From a virus (lineage: Duplodnaviria > Caudoviricetes): a DNA stretch of 44,209 nt. The position numbers and the translations under genes were made by a program. Location: IMG/VR virus record IMGVR_UViG_3300037424_002275, positions 1 to 44,209 of that record. The stretch is one strand, 5' to 3'. A model generated the notes under the pieces. It was not told the origin of the DNA. It saw nothing but the letters and a program-made list of their open reading frames with translations, and ran no database searches. This document shows, piece by piece, positions 26,173 to 36,475 of the stretch (position 1 is its first letter; each line of letters starts with the position of its first letter).

Positions 26173-27654
26173 ATGGCGCTCCCTGTTCTCGCTGCGTATC
26201 AGGCCAAAGTCGATTTGATCGTCCAGGACCCGGAAGACAACCTTCTTCAAGCTGAGGTTGATTCCTTTATTGCCGAAGCGATCAGCACCTATTCTCAATA
26301 TCGACCAGTTATCAAAGTTTTCGAATACACCGGGGATGGGACCGCCTACGAGTTTTCTCTGCCGACCGACTGGGAAGACGGTTTCTCGGCAATTAAAGAG
26401 ATCGAGTCCCCGGTAGGAGCGCATCCACCTACCTATTTGGCCGAGAGCGCCTACATGCTCCGGCAAACTGACCTGGCCAAGTCCTTTGTCCTTTCAGCAA
26501 TCCCGGCGAACCTGGCCGACTTCCTGTTTGCCTACAGTATTCGCCATAGCGTCACCGCTGGCGCCGGGACCATCTCTGAAGCCGATTTTGAAGCTGTCTG
26601 CAACCTGGCGGCGGGCCTGGTCTGCCTGGCCATCGGCCGCAAGCTGAATCAGGGCGACACCGGCGCCACCATCACCGTGGCCGATGAAACCTGGCGGACG
26701 GTGATACGGTACTCGGAGAAAGGCCAGGAGCTCATCGCCCTGTTTGCTCAACACATGGCCATGGGCCCCATTACCAACCCGGCAACTCCAGCCGCAATAG
26801 TGACCCCTGGGGCTTCAAGTGATCCCTACGCAGCCGAAGAAGAAGCCCGGAAGGTAGCCAAAGAGGGTCGGCTTGACGCTCAGGAAGCCAGACTCGATGC
26901 AACCCTGGCCATTGCCCAAGCCGACCTGGTGATACGCCAGGCAGATGAGGCCCGCCAAGCTGCTGAGGCGACACGTGTAGGCGCTGACCAAACCGTAACC
27001 GATGCTCTGATCGCCGCCCTGGAAGACCTGCTCTCCGGGGGTCCTGGCGACCTCCAAACCCTGAATACCGAAACCTACCTCCAGGAGGCTGTTACCTTCT
27101 ACTCCCGGCACCGGCCCCAGGTGGCCACTTCGGTGATTGCCGGTGATGGAACAGGAATTTACGACCTTCCGACCAATTGGATAGCCGACTTCTCCATCAT
27201 TACAGAACTTGAATATCCCTATCCCTCAGAATTAGGGGAAGAAAAGCTCAACATCATGAGCTCGGAAGACTATTGGCTTTACAGCGCCGAAGCCGGCTGG
27301 GAACTCCGGATGCGCACCGCTACACCCGAGACAACTGAGAACTTCAAGCTCACCTACACGATCCCCCACACCCTCACGGCCGAAGCAACTTCAATACCCG
27401 ATGAAGACCTTGACGCGGTTATCACCCTGGCCGGCGCCCTGGCCTGTTTTGCCCTGGGCCGGAAGATCCTGGTAGCAAAAGGTAGCTTCTCCAAAGAAAA
27501 GAAAAGCTGGTTTGATAAAGGGAATGCCTTAAAAGCGGTTTATGACCAGCACATGAACAAATTCCGTGGAAGTCCAGAAGCTGCTTTTGCTTCGGTACAA
27601 CAAACAGCTGGTCCCTCTTGGGGCGGCCGATTCTTCCATCGCAGGGGTTACTAA
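26173..27654 (+). CDS. Putative head-tail adaptor with internally duplicated domain
   Basis: Two homologous halves (EAISTYSQYRP..GDGT..LPTDW / EAVTFYSRHRP..GDGT..LPTNW). Confidence 0.6.
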   Translation: MALPVLAAYQAKVDLIVQDPEDNLLQAEVDSFIAEAISTYSQYRPVIKVFEYTGDGTAYEFSLPTDWEDGFSAIKEIESPVGAHPPTYLAESAYMLRQTDLAKSFVLSAIPANLADFLFAYSIRHSVTAGAGTISEADFEAVCNLAAGLVCLAIGRKLNQGDTGATITVADETWRTVIRYSEKGQELIALFAQHMAMGPITNPATPAAIVTPGASSDPYAAEEEARKVAKEGRLDAQEARLDATLAIAQADLVIRQADEARQAAEATRVGADQTVTDALIAALEDLLSGGPGDLQTLNTETYLQEAVTFYSRHRPQVATSVIAGDGTGIYDLPTNWIADFSIITELEYPYPSELGEEKLNIMSSEDYWLYSAEAGWELRMRTATPETTENFKLTYTIPHTLTAEATSIPDEDLDAVITLAGALACFALGRKILVAKGSFSKEKKSWFDKGNALKAVYDQHMNKFRGSPEAAFASVQQTAGPSWGGRFFHRRGY

Positions 27655-28103
27655 TGGCCGGATTTCCTCCGATCCGGGACTATATCGAAGCTGCCCTTAC
27701 CGCGATCCAGAGTGTAGGCACCGTCCATGACTATTTTCGGTTCATTAAGGGCAAGGTAGCCATCGCCGCGGCCCTCAATGAAGGCGGTATCCTTAATGCC
27801 TGGTTTATCCGGAAGGTAGGCGAAGCAAACACCTGGGAAGGCCCTGGGGTGCTCCTGACTACCCATATTGTCCACCTACTGGGAGTCATGGAACTCAACG
27901 ACGCTATCGCCAGCGAAAAGGTCTTCCTGGGAGTCGTGGCCGACGTCCTGGCTGCACTTTGCATCGACTACACCTACGGGGGAATCTGTTTTCAACTCAA
28001 GGCACCTTTTCTTAAAAGCCACGAACCGAAAGGGTTTGCTGGCACACTTGCTCATCAAGCTATTATCGAACTGCGCTTAACGGAACGGATCGATGTTTCT
28101 TGA
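27654..28103 (+). CDS. Putative tail completion/terminator-like protein
   Basis: Size, position and IRDYIEAAL...AIIELRLTE pattern. Confidence 0.5.
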   Translation: MAGFPPIRDYIEAALTAIQSVGTVHDYFRFIKGKVAIAAALNEGGILNAWFIRKVGEANTWEGPGVLLTTHIVHLLGVMELNDAIASEKVFLGVVADVLAALCIDYTYGGICFQLKAPFLKSHEPKGFAGTLAHQAIIELRLTERIDVS

Positions 28104-28827
28104 TTCATTCTTTAATAATAGTTGGGATAGCAACAATGATTTTGCTGTTGCCGACTTTAACCAAGACTTTGAGGCGCAAGCAAAATTAATAGACGAAACG
28201 ATACATTCCTTAAACACAAGAAACTTAGATACAATTGATATAGCTAAAAAAAGAATTACATTGGACCTTGGCATAGTTTTTAAAACAATAAGCCAAACAC
28301 AAACAGATTTAAAAAGTGCAATAAGAAATTATTCAATTAAAACAAACGATGCTATATTAAAATTTCATAATCGCTATGCAACTGTTCAAAACACAGCATA
28401 TAAGGCAGGCTTATCAAATGATATAACCCGTATTGACTATGATGGAAACGCAGTAGCCTTTATTGATTCAATGCTTGAAGCATTCGACGAATTATCAAAC
28501 GAACTCAATGTGTTCAGTTACGAAATAGAAAACGAATCAGGTAACCTCTTGGCGACACTTAATACAACAATAAATGAATACCAACAAAACATAGAAACTG
28601 CATTGGCAAACGCAGAAAACAATATATCTAATGCTGGCAACGAAACACGATCGCTTATAGCAACCGCAAACACAACTTTTCAACAAAAAATTACCACAGA
28701 TTTTGCAAATACATTATCAAGTACAATGAACAAATGGCTTTCTTCTATTGGTTCTTTTAATGGTGATGCAGAATATTTTGTTGGCGAACTTCTCGGTGGA
28801 GCACTTGACATTGGAGACTGGTTCTAA
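28093..28827 (+). CDS. AT-rich alpha-helical protein at the tape-measure position
   Basis: 244 aa, Asn/Thr/Ile-rich amphipathic helices; GC well below flanks. Confidence 0.6.
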   Translation: MFLDSFFNNSWDSNNDFAVADFNQDFEAQAKLIDETIHSLNTRNLDTIDIAKKRITLDLGIVFKTISQTQTDLKSAIRNYSIKTNDAILKFHNRYATVQNTAYKAGLSNDITRIDYDGNAVAFIDSMLEAFDELSNELNVFSYEIENESGNLLATLNTTINEYQQNIETALANAENNISNAGNETRSLIATANTTFQQKITTDFANTLSSTMNKWLSSIGSFNGDAEYFVGELLGGALDIGDWF

Positions 28828-29459
28828 TGGGATACGCTAAATTCATATGGACCCCTCCCGGGGGATCAGAAACCTCCTACACACTTGCTGCTAATTATTC
28901 CTTTCCCAGCAAAGCCTTCCTGCAGGATGAGTCAGACCGTGGCCGGGCTATTGATGGCACGTTAAGGTCTTATGGAAAAGCATTAAAGGAATCCTGGCTC
29001 TTGGCCTTTAAAAATATCAGCCTGGCACAACGTGATCAGCTCAAAACGATCAAGGAAGCCCAGGTTGACCTTGCCTTTTATAAAGAAACCAATCTCACGG
29101 GTGTTATTGACACGCTGACTCTGGCCAATGCCGGGACCGACTTCATCGCCGGCAACGTCCTCCTGCTGAATCAGGCCCGAGCTCAAGGGGCCACTATCCG
29201 AATCGACACTGTGCACGCAGTGACCGGAGCCATAGTAACCTGGACCTTAACTGCCCCAGGATCAGGCTACCGGGTCGCCAATGGCATTCCGACTTCTGTT
29301 TATCCAAGCGGATATTCAGCCGCCACCTTCAACATCACCGCCCTGGAGGCAAGTGTTTCTGACGTATTGACCTTTAACGCTCAATGGGTCAACGACTTCA
29401 ATTTCGTCGAGGTAGCCCCGGGGATCTGGGCCGGCACCATCCAGCTTGAGGAAGTCTAA
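28827..29459 (+). CDS. Distal-tail-like protein with beta insertion
   Basis: RAIDGTLRSY..W.L.F, C-terminal W.GTIQLEEV. Confidence 0.55.
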   Translation: MGYAKFIWTPPGGSETSYTLAANYSFPSKAFLQDESDRGRAIDGTLRSYGKALKESWLLAFKNISLAQRDQLKTIKEAQVDLAFYKETNLTGVIDTLTLANAGTDFIAGNVLLLNQARAQGATIRIDTVHAVTGAIVTWTLTAPGSGYRVANGIPTSVYPSGYSAATFNITALEASVSDVLTFNAQWVNDFNFVEVAPGIWAGTIQLEEV

Positions 29460-30679
29460 TGCCGATTCCCGCCGACCAGGACTATCTTACCGAAGAAGCC
29501 CGACTCCGAGGGGGCCGCCCTACGATCAGGGCCACTGTCAACCCGGACGGAACCCCTCAGGTAATCGAAGCCAGTGAAATCATCAACCCCGGAAAACTCT
29601 TTAGCGCCATTCCCCGTAATTTCCAGAGCCTGCAAACGGCCTCCCACGTCCTCGCCGTAAACAACCGGGCCGCCGCTTTCATTCCGAGCGCCACCACTTG
29701 CCCGGGGGCTGCTGCTGATGAAATCAAAATCGAGCAGGGATTCAAGTTGGCCGACAATTCGGTTTCCTGGTTGACCCTCTTCACCGGCCGGATCAACCGC
29801 ACCCACAGTCCTCATGCCTGGAAATCAGCCCACAACGCTATCATCGAAAGTTCGAGCATCATCGCAGAAAAACTCCAAACAAAAATTGGGACCCCGGCCA
29901 GCGACGGCACCCGCCAGCCCTTCATGCATGGTACTTACCTGGCCAATGCCGAACTGGAAGAAACGACCGATCCGGCTATCTCGGAAATCGTCAAGACCGG
30001 CACCGGCACCGGCACCCTGCAGGTCCTGGGAGTAGACGACTACTCCGGCAACGAAGATCTGAATATTCGGGTGAAAGCTGAAAGTACCGGCGAAATCGGC
30101 ACCGCCACCTTCAAGTGGTCCCTGGATGGTGGGCAGACCTGGGAAAAAACCGGCATCCTGTCTCAAAACATCACCCTGCCGGTCACGCTCACTAACCGGA
30201 TCAAGGTCTACTGGATCGCCGGGACCGGGAACGATCTGGTGGCAAATGACTATTGGGACTTCACCATTTCTGCCCAGGTATATAAATACGTGATCCCCGG
30301 GTTTCCCTTTTCCAGCATCCCCTCGGTCTACAACAACGCCGTGGAGATCTTCATAGGCTTCACCTGCAGCCCCACCACTGGCGAAATCCTGCTCACCGGT
30401 TCCTCTGGCCGACTCCGGGCCCGGACAATCAAGGACGAACTCACTCACCCGGTAGACGTGATCGAGGACATTCTGACTGAGGTGGGGTTAAGCACCTATA
30501 TCAATGCCCTGTCATTCGCCGCTGCCAAAGAAATCACCTTGCCGTACAACATCGGGACCCGGTTTGAAAACGTCACCGCGGCCAAAGCCATTCAGCTTAT
30601 TACTCAGGCCTGTCTCTTTTTCTTTTGGATCGATGCCGATGAAATTTACCTCTACGCCTACACCGGAGAGCTCATTTGA
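29459..30679 (+). CDS. Tail tip/hub protein (N-terminal hub part)
   Basis: IEQGF..WLTLFTGRI, HPVDVIEDIL, AIQLITQACLFFFWID. Confidence 0.6.
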   Translation: MPIPADQDYLTEEARLRGGRPTIRATVNPDGTPQVIEASEIINPGKLFSAIPRNFQSLQTASHVLAVNNRAAAFIPSATTCPGAAADEIKIEQGFKLADNSVSWLTLFTGRINRTHSPHAWKSAHNAIIESSSIIAEKLQTKIGTPASDGTRQPFMHGTYLANAELEETTDPAISEIVKTGTGTGTLQVLGVDDYSGNEDLNIRVKAESTGEIGTATFKWSLDGGQTWEKTGILSQNITLPVTLTNRIKVYWIAGTGNDLVANDYWDFTISAQVYKYVIPGFPFSSIPSVYNNAVEIFIGFTCSPTTGEILLTGSSGRLRARTIKDELTHPVDVIEDILTEVGLSTYINALSFAAAKEITLPYNIGTRFENVTAAKAIQLITQACLFFFWIDADEIYLYAYTGELI

Positions 30680-30834
30680 AACTGTTCTGTGAAAACTGTA
30701 GGCATTGGGAAAAACTGGCTGCCCCTGGCAATATCGGCTGGTGCCCAAAACTGAAAAGGCGCATGGAGCATAATCAGTTCTGCATTAAGAATTTTACACC
30801 GGCCGACAAGAGGGATTCCGATGGGGCGAGTTAA
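30676..30834 (+). CDS. 52-aa four-Cys protein (not in ORF track)
   Basis: GGAG RBS, TTG start overlapping the upstream stop; MKLFCENCRHW..GWCPK..QFC. Confidence 0.6.
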   Translation: MKLFCENCRHWEKLAAPGNIGWCPKLKRRMEHNQFCIKNFTPADKRDSDGAS

Positions 30835-33800
30835 TTGGGGCAGGACCTCCCGGATGAATTGGGTCTATGACAACATGGGCGGGTCCAAGGTCTATGCTCC
30901 TATCTCCGGAGTCCTTTCAGGCTACACCGCCCTGGTGGAAGCTGATGGAACCGTGATCATCGAGACCCCGGCGCCTGGCGGCGGGAAGGTGGCTATGGTC
31001 CGGGGGGTGTGGCTGGCGGCGACCACCTTCCCTTACACCGGCTTTTGGGCCAACCCAGAAGGTGGGGACCTGACAAACTACTTTACCGGAGGGAGTTATG
31101 AGAACACCGGAGCGCAAACGACCATCACCCTGGGCGCCGCCCTCACTCCGGGCGATGAAGTACAAATCTATTACTTCTACGACCTGGAAACCCCCACGGT
31201 CAAAGGGGAGGGAGTCAATAACTTCCCGTGTCCCCGGAAAGCATACCGGGGCGCCACCGATTTCACTTACGACTTCGCCGTTGATCGGATCTTCGACCTC
31301 ATGGGGATTCTCCACGCAGCCGGCCTCTCTCGAGGAACTGACTACTCCCAATTTTGGAAATTCCTCTGGAACAAATATGTCGAACACGCCGCCTCTTTGC
31401 AAAATCCGCTTTTCCTGGACGATTTCGAAAGGTCCCTGGTAGGCGCCGGCCGACACCTGCTCTACAACAACTCGGACCAGGGCCAAGCCGGGTTTGACGT
31501 TTTTGGAATCCAACTATACCCCGGAGATGATGCGAACCCGGTTACCGGCCTCATCACGCCCCGGGCCTTGCGGGTGGTGACCCCCTCCTTCACCGCCTCC
31601 TGGCACGGGGCTTGGTGGGGATATGGTCTCAATTGGGACCTGAGCAATCCCCCCCTGGATACCGTAGACACCCTGACATTCAAGCTCCGCACCGCCAGAA
31701 ACGCCTCCAGCGTCCACAATCAGGTTCGCATAGGATATGCTGGTGGTAATGCAAATTTGATTGTGCAAGACCGTGGGGGCGGAGCAAACCCCTATGGAAT
31801 AGTAGTTTATATTGACGCTGGTGGAGTCCTCGGAACTGCTACTTATAAATGGAGCAAAGATTGGGGTGCAACATGGGAAGCCACTGGATTAAATACTTGT
31901 GGAGTCGATTCGCCAGCCCATCTTTTTGATAATATTTATATCTGGTGGGAAATTTACGACACTCCAAACTTTGCAACCAATGACTATTGGGAATTCAAAA
32001 CTATAGATATTTTAGATTATCCCCAGCGCCTACTTATTTGCTTAAATGATTCAATTATCTCAGATCCTACGCCGTGGACAGAAGAACACTGTTTTTATGC
32101 AGCCTTGCCAGACATTTACGAAACACTTACCGAAGTTGCTATTGCCTTTGCTCAATTTTGGCGCAGAGACAATATTGTTTATGACGGCGACAGAGTTAAG
32201 GGAAGTGGTTGGGGACCGTGGTACGCTGGTGGAACCATGTCAATATTATTCGCTACCGAAAGACAACTTGAGCAAACAATCTCTGGAGAAACCTTTTACA
32301 CACAGCTTAAAATTGAATGGGCTGGATCTGGAATGACTGATTGGGGAATGTGGACCGGTCTCAACACTTCCGAAGTGGATTCTACCGGCCGCACCGGAAT
32401 CAACCTTGCTGTCTATCCTGAAATCTCCGGAGCCGGAACCTGTAACCTACGACTCAAAGCGAAAGACGCAGCCGGGTCATATTTTTACAAGGATTTCACC
32501 CCAACCAAGAACCAATGGAACAGGCTCACCGTGGCGCTGGCCAGCATGACCCTGGAATCGGGAAGTGCCCCCATGGTTCATCCGATCGCTTTGATAGACG
32601 TGGGCCAATCAACTCCTGACGCATCAGGCATTTTTTACCTTACCGACATCAAATTTGATGACCATATCGTCTTTGCCGGGCCCAACCTGCGCACCCTGGA
32701 GTTCAAGTACGAAGAAAATTTCATCGCCCTGCCGCCCCCGGCTTACTGGCTCGACGATATTTCGCTGAACCTGGAGGCCACAGACCCTTACCCTCTGGCT
32801 CCCCGCATGGCCCTCTCCCTGGGACCGAACGGCTTGAACCCCTACCGCGGCCCTTCCCTGGTGCACTATGCGCAACCTCTGGCACCTTACCTCATGGACT
32901 TGGCCACAGAAGTTGCAACCTTCCTGTCCATGCACGTCGACGCCCAGGACGCCTACGACTTAACCTACAGGGGCACCAAAGGGCCTATCATGCCAGTGCA
33001 CACCCGGAACGACATTGAAAATATCGCCATCTTAGAGAGCGCTGCTTTCAATACATTCTGCTGGTGGTCGGACTACCCCGAGGCCGGCAGCGGCCTTGGC
33101 CAGTATTGGGCCTTTATGCGCCTGGCGCATTACTACTTCGTTTCTGGCGACTCCGGAGCTTGGACAATCTTAAATAATTGGCTGACATGGCTGAATGAAA
33201 AGGGAATTGCCGATGGTAGTGGCTGGAAGTTCCCTGCTGTATTCCAACCTTACACGTTCGGTTCAGAATTAATGCTCAATTCTGGAGGACCTGGACAAAC
33301 AGATTGGGTAGATAGTGATAGCGACGGAGTTGCAAATGAATGGTGGGTAGGTTGGGGAGGCACACCTTCAATAGTAACTGGCAATGGATTCACAGGAAAC
33401 GCACAAAGATTCGCAAATGCAACCTGGTCAAATGGATTGGTCTATTGGGGAAACCCTCCGGTTGATACCAAAAAATATCAACTTAATTTTAAATATAGAT
33501 CAAACAAACCCATAAGAATACTAACTTCAACTTCTGATCAAATTTTTGGAACAGTACCAGCAAATGAAGGTAATGCAATATCCGCTTCAATAAACATTAC
33601 TCATGCCTCTGCAATTTATGGTTTTATGTTCATGATTTATGACAACGATGCTGGCAATTGGCTTGAAGTGGATGAAGTTTCTTTAAAGGAAATCACTCAG
33701 GACGGCACAACTTATAGTGATTATGACCCCGGGCAAACCGCAGCTATCGCTATCGGCTGCCTCTATTGTTATATGGCAAACGAAGATTCCAGGGCCTCTA

Positions 33801-34693
33801 CCTGGACTCGACGCATCCTTGATGATCTTCGAATCAATCGCCAAAGTGCTACCTACGATTACCTTTACAAATCCGACCTGCATTATGGCTGGCTCAATGC
33901 CCTGGTTGCCCATGCGTTCGGCCTGGCTGTCAATGGCAGGTCCGGGAGCTCCTTCACCTTTACCAGCATCGCCGCCGACCAAACCCACTTTGAAGCCATG
34001 GTGGGCCAGTTCATGGCCATGGCCGGCGACTCAAAACCCAACGTCCTCAACGTCGATCTCCTGCCTTTCTCCCTGGTGGAAGACGGCGATAATTGGGCTT
34101 TCGCCCCGAACTATATGATGAACAAGGAGTATGGCAGCACCGAGGCCCTGGTCCTGATGATGAATGTAGCCCATGACTACGCGATCCTCAATAACGACTG
34201 GACCTGGTTCGACGCCATGCTCAAATTTTTGTTGGCCGACTTCCTGACGGTCCTACCTGAATCCAGTATCGAAAGTATCACCAGCAGCATTGATACCTCC
34301 CTCACTGCCAACAAAATTCGCGTCCTCTTTGGCGATTTCATGCGAGATAAAGCTTATTACGTCGAAGAAGAAGATGCAGTCCTTATAGCTGCTCAGGGCG
34401 AAAAACCTCTGGAAATCGATCTACGCTATGGAAACCAAATCATTACCGAAAGTGTCGCCATGGCAAACCTTATTGCGCAACGAGGCCTTGCATACTTTTC
34501 TAAACCTGTTGAAATAGTAGAAATTGTCAGTTGGCTTGAAGGAATGAGAATTATCAACGGAGAAATTGCTAACCCTAAATCAACTTTTCACAATTATACA
34601 ACCGAGCAATTTTTCGTGATGAGCAAGCTTATTGATCTGGCTAAAAAAAGAATCAAGATAACAGCACTCAGACAAATTGATTGGAAAACTTAA
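30821..34693 (+). CDS. Large tail/receptor-binding protein with carbohydrate-binding inserts and hub-like C-terminus
   Basis: 1290 aa; Trp-rich CBM-like segments, alpha/alpha-toroid-like helices (AFMRLAHYYFVSGD), C-terminal ANKIRVLF...IKITAL. Confidence 0.7.
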   Translation: MGRVNWGRTSRMNWVYDNMGGSKVYAPISGVLSGYTALVEADGTVIIETPAPGGGKVAMVRGVWLAATTFPYTGFWANPEGGDLTNYFTGGSYENTGAQTTITLGAALTPGDEVQIYYFYDLETPTVKGEGVNNFPCPRKAYRGATDFTYDFAVDRIFDLMGILHAAGLSRGTDYSQFWKFLWNKYVEHAASLQNPLFLDDFERSLVGAGRHLLYNNSDQGQAGFDVFGIQLYPGDDANPVTGLITPRALRVVTPSFTASWHGAWWGYGLNWDLSNPPLDTVDTLTFKLRTARNASSVHNQVRIGYAGGNANLIVQDRGGGANPYGIVVYIDAGGVLGTATYKWSKDWGATWEATGLNTCGVDSPAHLFDNIYIWWEIYDTPNFATNDYWEFKTIDILDYPQRLLICLNDSIISDPTPWTEEHCFYAALPDIYETLTEVAIAFAQFWRRDNIVYDGDRVKGSGWGPWYAGGTMSILFATERQLEQTISGETFYTQLKIEWAGSGMTDWGMWTGLNTSEVDSTGRTGINLAVYPEISGAGTCNLRLKAKDAAGSYFYKDFTPTKNQWNRLTVALASMTLESGSAPMVHPIALIDVGQSTPDASGIFYLTDIKFDDHIVFAGPNLRTLEFKYEENFIALPPPAYWLDDISLNLEATDPYPLAPRMALSLGPNGLNPYRGPSLVHYAQPLAPYLMDLATEVATFLSMHVDAQDAYDLTYRGTKGPIMPVHTRNDIENIAILESAAFNTFCWWSDYPEAGSGLGQYWAFMRLAHYYFVSGDSGAWTILNNWLTWLNEKGIADGSGWKFPAVFQPYTFGSELMLNSGGPGQTDWVDSDSDGVANEWWVGWGGTPSIVTGNGFTGNAQRFANATWSNGLVYWGNPPVDTKKYQLNFKYRSNKPIRILTSTSDQIFGTVPANEGNAISASINITHASAIYGFMFMIYDNDAGNWLEVDEVSLKEITQDGTTYSDYDPGQTAAIAIGCLYCYMANEDSRASTWTRRILDDLRINRQSATYDYLYKSDLHYGWLNALVAHAFGLAVNGRSGSSFTFTSIAADQTHFEAMVGQFMAMAGDSKPNVLNVDLLPFSLVEDGDNWAFAPNYMMNKEYGSTEALVLMMNVAHDYAILNNDWTWFDAMLKFLLADFLTVLPESSIESITSSIDTSLTANKIRVLFGDFMRDKAYYVEEEDAVLIAAQGEKPLEIDLRYGNQIITESVAMANLIAQRGLAYFSKPVEIVEIVSWLEGMRIINGEIANPKSTFHNYTTEQFFVMSKLIDLAKKRIKITALRQIDWKT

Positions 34694-34712
34694 CCTGAGA
34701 GGATAATATGGA

Positions 34713-34955
34713 ATGGTCGACTACATGCCTCAACTTATATCACTCGGGATCACAGTTATTGGACTACTCTGCGCTGTTATCGGTTTCCTTGGCGTTGGTT
34801 ACACTAAGCATGTGGACAATTGCATTACGACGCTGTTCGAAAAATTTAGTGAAGAGAGCAAAGCTGTTGAAGCAAGATGGACTAAATTGCATGAATCTTG
34901 TTCCGAATGCATCAAAGCTGTTGGGTATATCCAAGGACGATTAAACGGCAAATAA
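34713..34955 (+). CDS. Putative holin/membrane protein
   Basis: One TM helix plus coiled coil ending IQGRLNGK; directly before endolysin. Confidence 0.55.
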   Translation: MVDYMPQLISLGITVIGLLCAVIGFLGVGYTKHVDNCITTLFEKFSEESKAVEARWTKLHESCSECIKAVGYIQGRLNGK

Positions 34956-34967
34956 AGGAGGAAACCC

Positions 34968-35663
34968 ATGGCAAAATTACAAGTTGTACCAGCGGGATTA
35001 AATTTGCGGTCCTCCCCGGGGACTCAATACCCCAGCCTGAAGGTATTGAAAGCAGGAGACCAGGTGACCGAACTTTCAACTGCCGGCTGGCGATTGGTAA
35101 GCCACGACGGCAAAATTGGGTGGGTATCCGCTGCTTACGTAAAAGAAGTAGCAGAAACCGAAGAACAGCCTCAGTCAAACGATCAACTTCGGCCGGCCTC
35201 CTCGAAACCCGCGGTCGTGATTTATGAGAACCGGTTGACCGACCTGTTCGGTGTCGGCCGGGATCCGGCGCCATACCTCAAGGTAATGGATTTCGGGGAA
35301 TTCAAAAAAGATCTCAGTCATGTGAAGGATTACCTAGGGCGGCCCTGGTCCTGTCGGATTTACGGCCACGAGTTGATGGAAGCTCCCCTACGCCAGGCAT
35401 TTCAGAACCTGGTGGATCGTGGATACGCCTTGCAATGGCTAACATACGAGGGCTGTCTTAGCATTCGGCCGAAGACCGCAGGAAACGACCCGAGTACCCA
35501 TAGTTGGGGCCTGGCCATTGATCTGAACGCCGGTAGAAACGGTTATGGCAAAAAGCCCACTTTATCGCCCGGCTTCGTCAAATGCTTCACCGATGCCGGA
35601 TTTACCTGGGGAGGATCTTGGCACACCCCCGACGGGATGCATTTTCAATTACCCAAACTGTAA
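34968..35663 (+). CDS. Endolysin: SH3b domain + M15-family peptidase
   Basis: LNLRSSPG..GWVSAAYV; STHSWGLAIDLN, WGGSW, PDGMHFQ. Confidence 0.92.
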   Translation: MAKLQVVPAGLNLRSSPGTQYPSLKVLKAGDQVTELSTAGWRLVSHDGKIGWVSAAYVKEVAETEEQPQSNDQLRPASSKPAVVIYENRLTDLFGVGRDPAPYLKVMDFGEFKKDLSHVKDYLGRPWSCRIYGHELMEAPLRQAFQNLVDRGYALQWLTYEGCLSIRPKTAGNDPSTHSWGLAIDLNAGRNGYGKKPTLSPGFVKCFTDAGFTWGGSWHTPDGMHFQLPKL

Positions 35664-35675
35664 GTGAGGGGCAAC

Positions 35676-35852
35676 ATGAATACACTAAGTGGCAAAAAAA
35701 GTTACATCACGGCAGGAGTAGGGGCGATTTGCTGGTTCGCTGCTCAAATGGGGTGGCTGACCCCAGAGCAATTTGATAGCGCCCTTAAGGGTCTCGGCGT
35801 GCTCTGGGCTATCTTTATGCGAGAAGCAATCACCAAAAATGGCCCCATTTAA
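35676..35852 (+). CDS. Putative holin
   Basis: LSGKKSYITA, two short hydrophobic helices, MREAITK. Confidence 0.65.
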   Translation: MNTLSGKKSYITAGVGAICWFAAQMGWLTPEQFDSALKGLGVLWAIFMREAITKNGPI

Positions 35853-35884
35853 TCCTTAAAACCCACAACATCAAGGAGGATACC

Positions 35885-36364
35885 ATGCAATTACTGATTA
35901 TCGCCATGCTGGTTCTTTTCCTGGGGTGTGCAGGAACCACCCCGCCTACCGACTCCAATCAGATCCCGACTGGCTGCGAGAACGCCCTGGTTTATAAGAT
36001 CCAGGGGTTCATGCCCAACGGCCCGATGATTGCCCGGGTCACCGCCTCAACCGCTCTGGCGTTATCCGCAACCGCGGGGCACTCAGAAGTAAAAATGATC
36101 GTGGCCACGACCATGCCGATTCTTTATCGAGCCACCTTGGAAAACAGACTGGCCGGCGCCATGGAAGAAGTGAAAGCCAAATTTAAGGTCCCGCAGATGG
36201 TCAATTATGTAACTCCTTTCCTGGTGCTGTTTGATTCGTTGAACCAAGCCGGGATTATCAATTCAGGGAAAGTAGGCTTAACCGATTGCGACAAGAATGT
36301 GCTGGCCAGCCTGTTCAAAAATATCGGGTTGGACTCTGGAACCGACCCCCTATTGTTTCAATAA
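35885..36364 (+). CDS. Lipoprotein (possible spanin component)
   Basis: Lipobox LFLGC after hydrophobic leader; last gene of the lysis cluster. Confidence 0.65.
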   Translation: MQLLIIAMLVLFLGCAGTTPPTDSNQIPTGCENALVYKIQGFMPNGPMIARVTASTALALSATAGHSEVKMIVATTMPILYRATLENRLAGAMEEVKAKFKVPQMVNYVTPFLVLFDSLNQAGIINSGKVGLTDCDKNVLASLFKNIGLDSGTDPLLFQ

Positions 36365-36475
36365 TTTCCGGCCATAAAAAAGGGGGAAGGGCCTCGTGCT
36401 CTCCCCCTCCCCCTCCTGGCACAATCACATTAGCCATTTTATCTCATCAGCATCACCTCCCAGGCCTTCTGGCAA

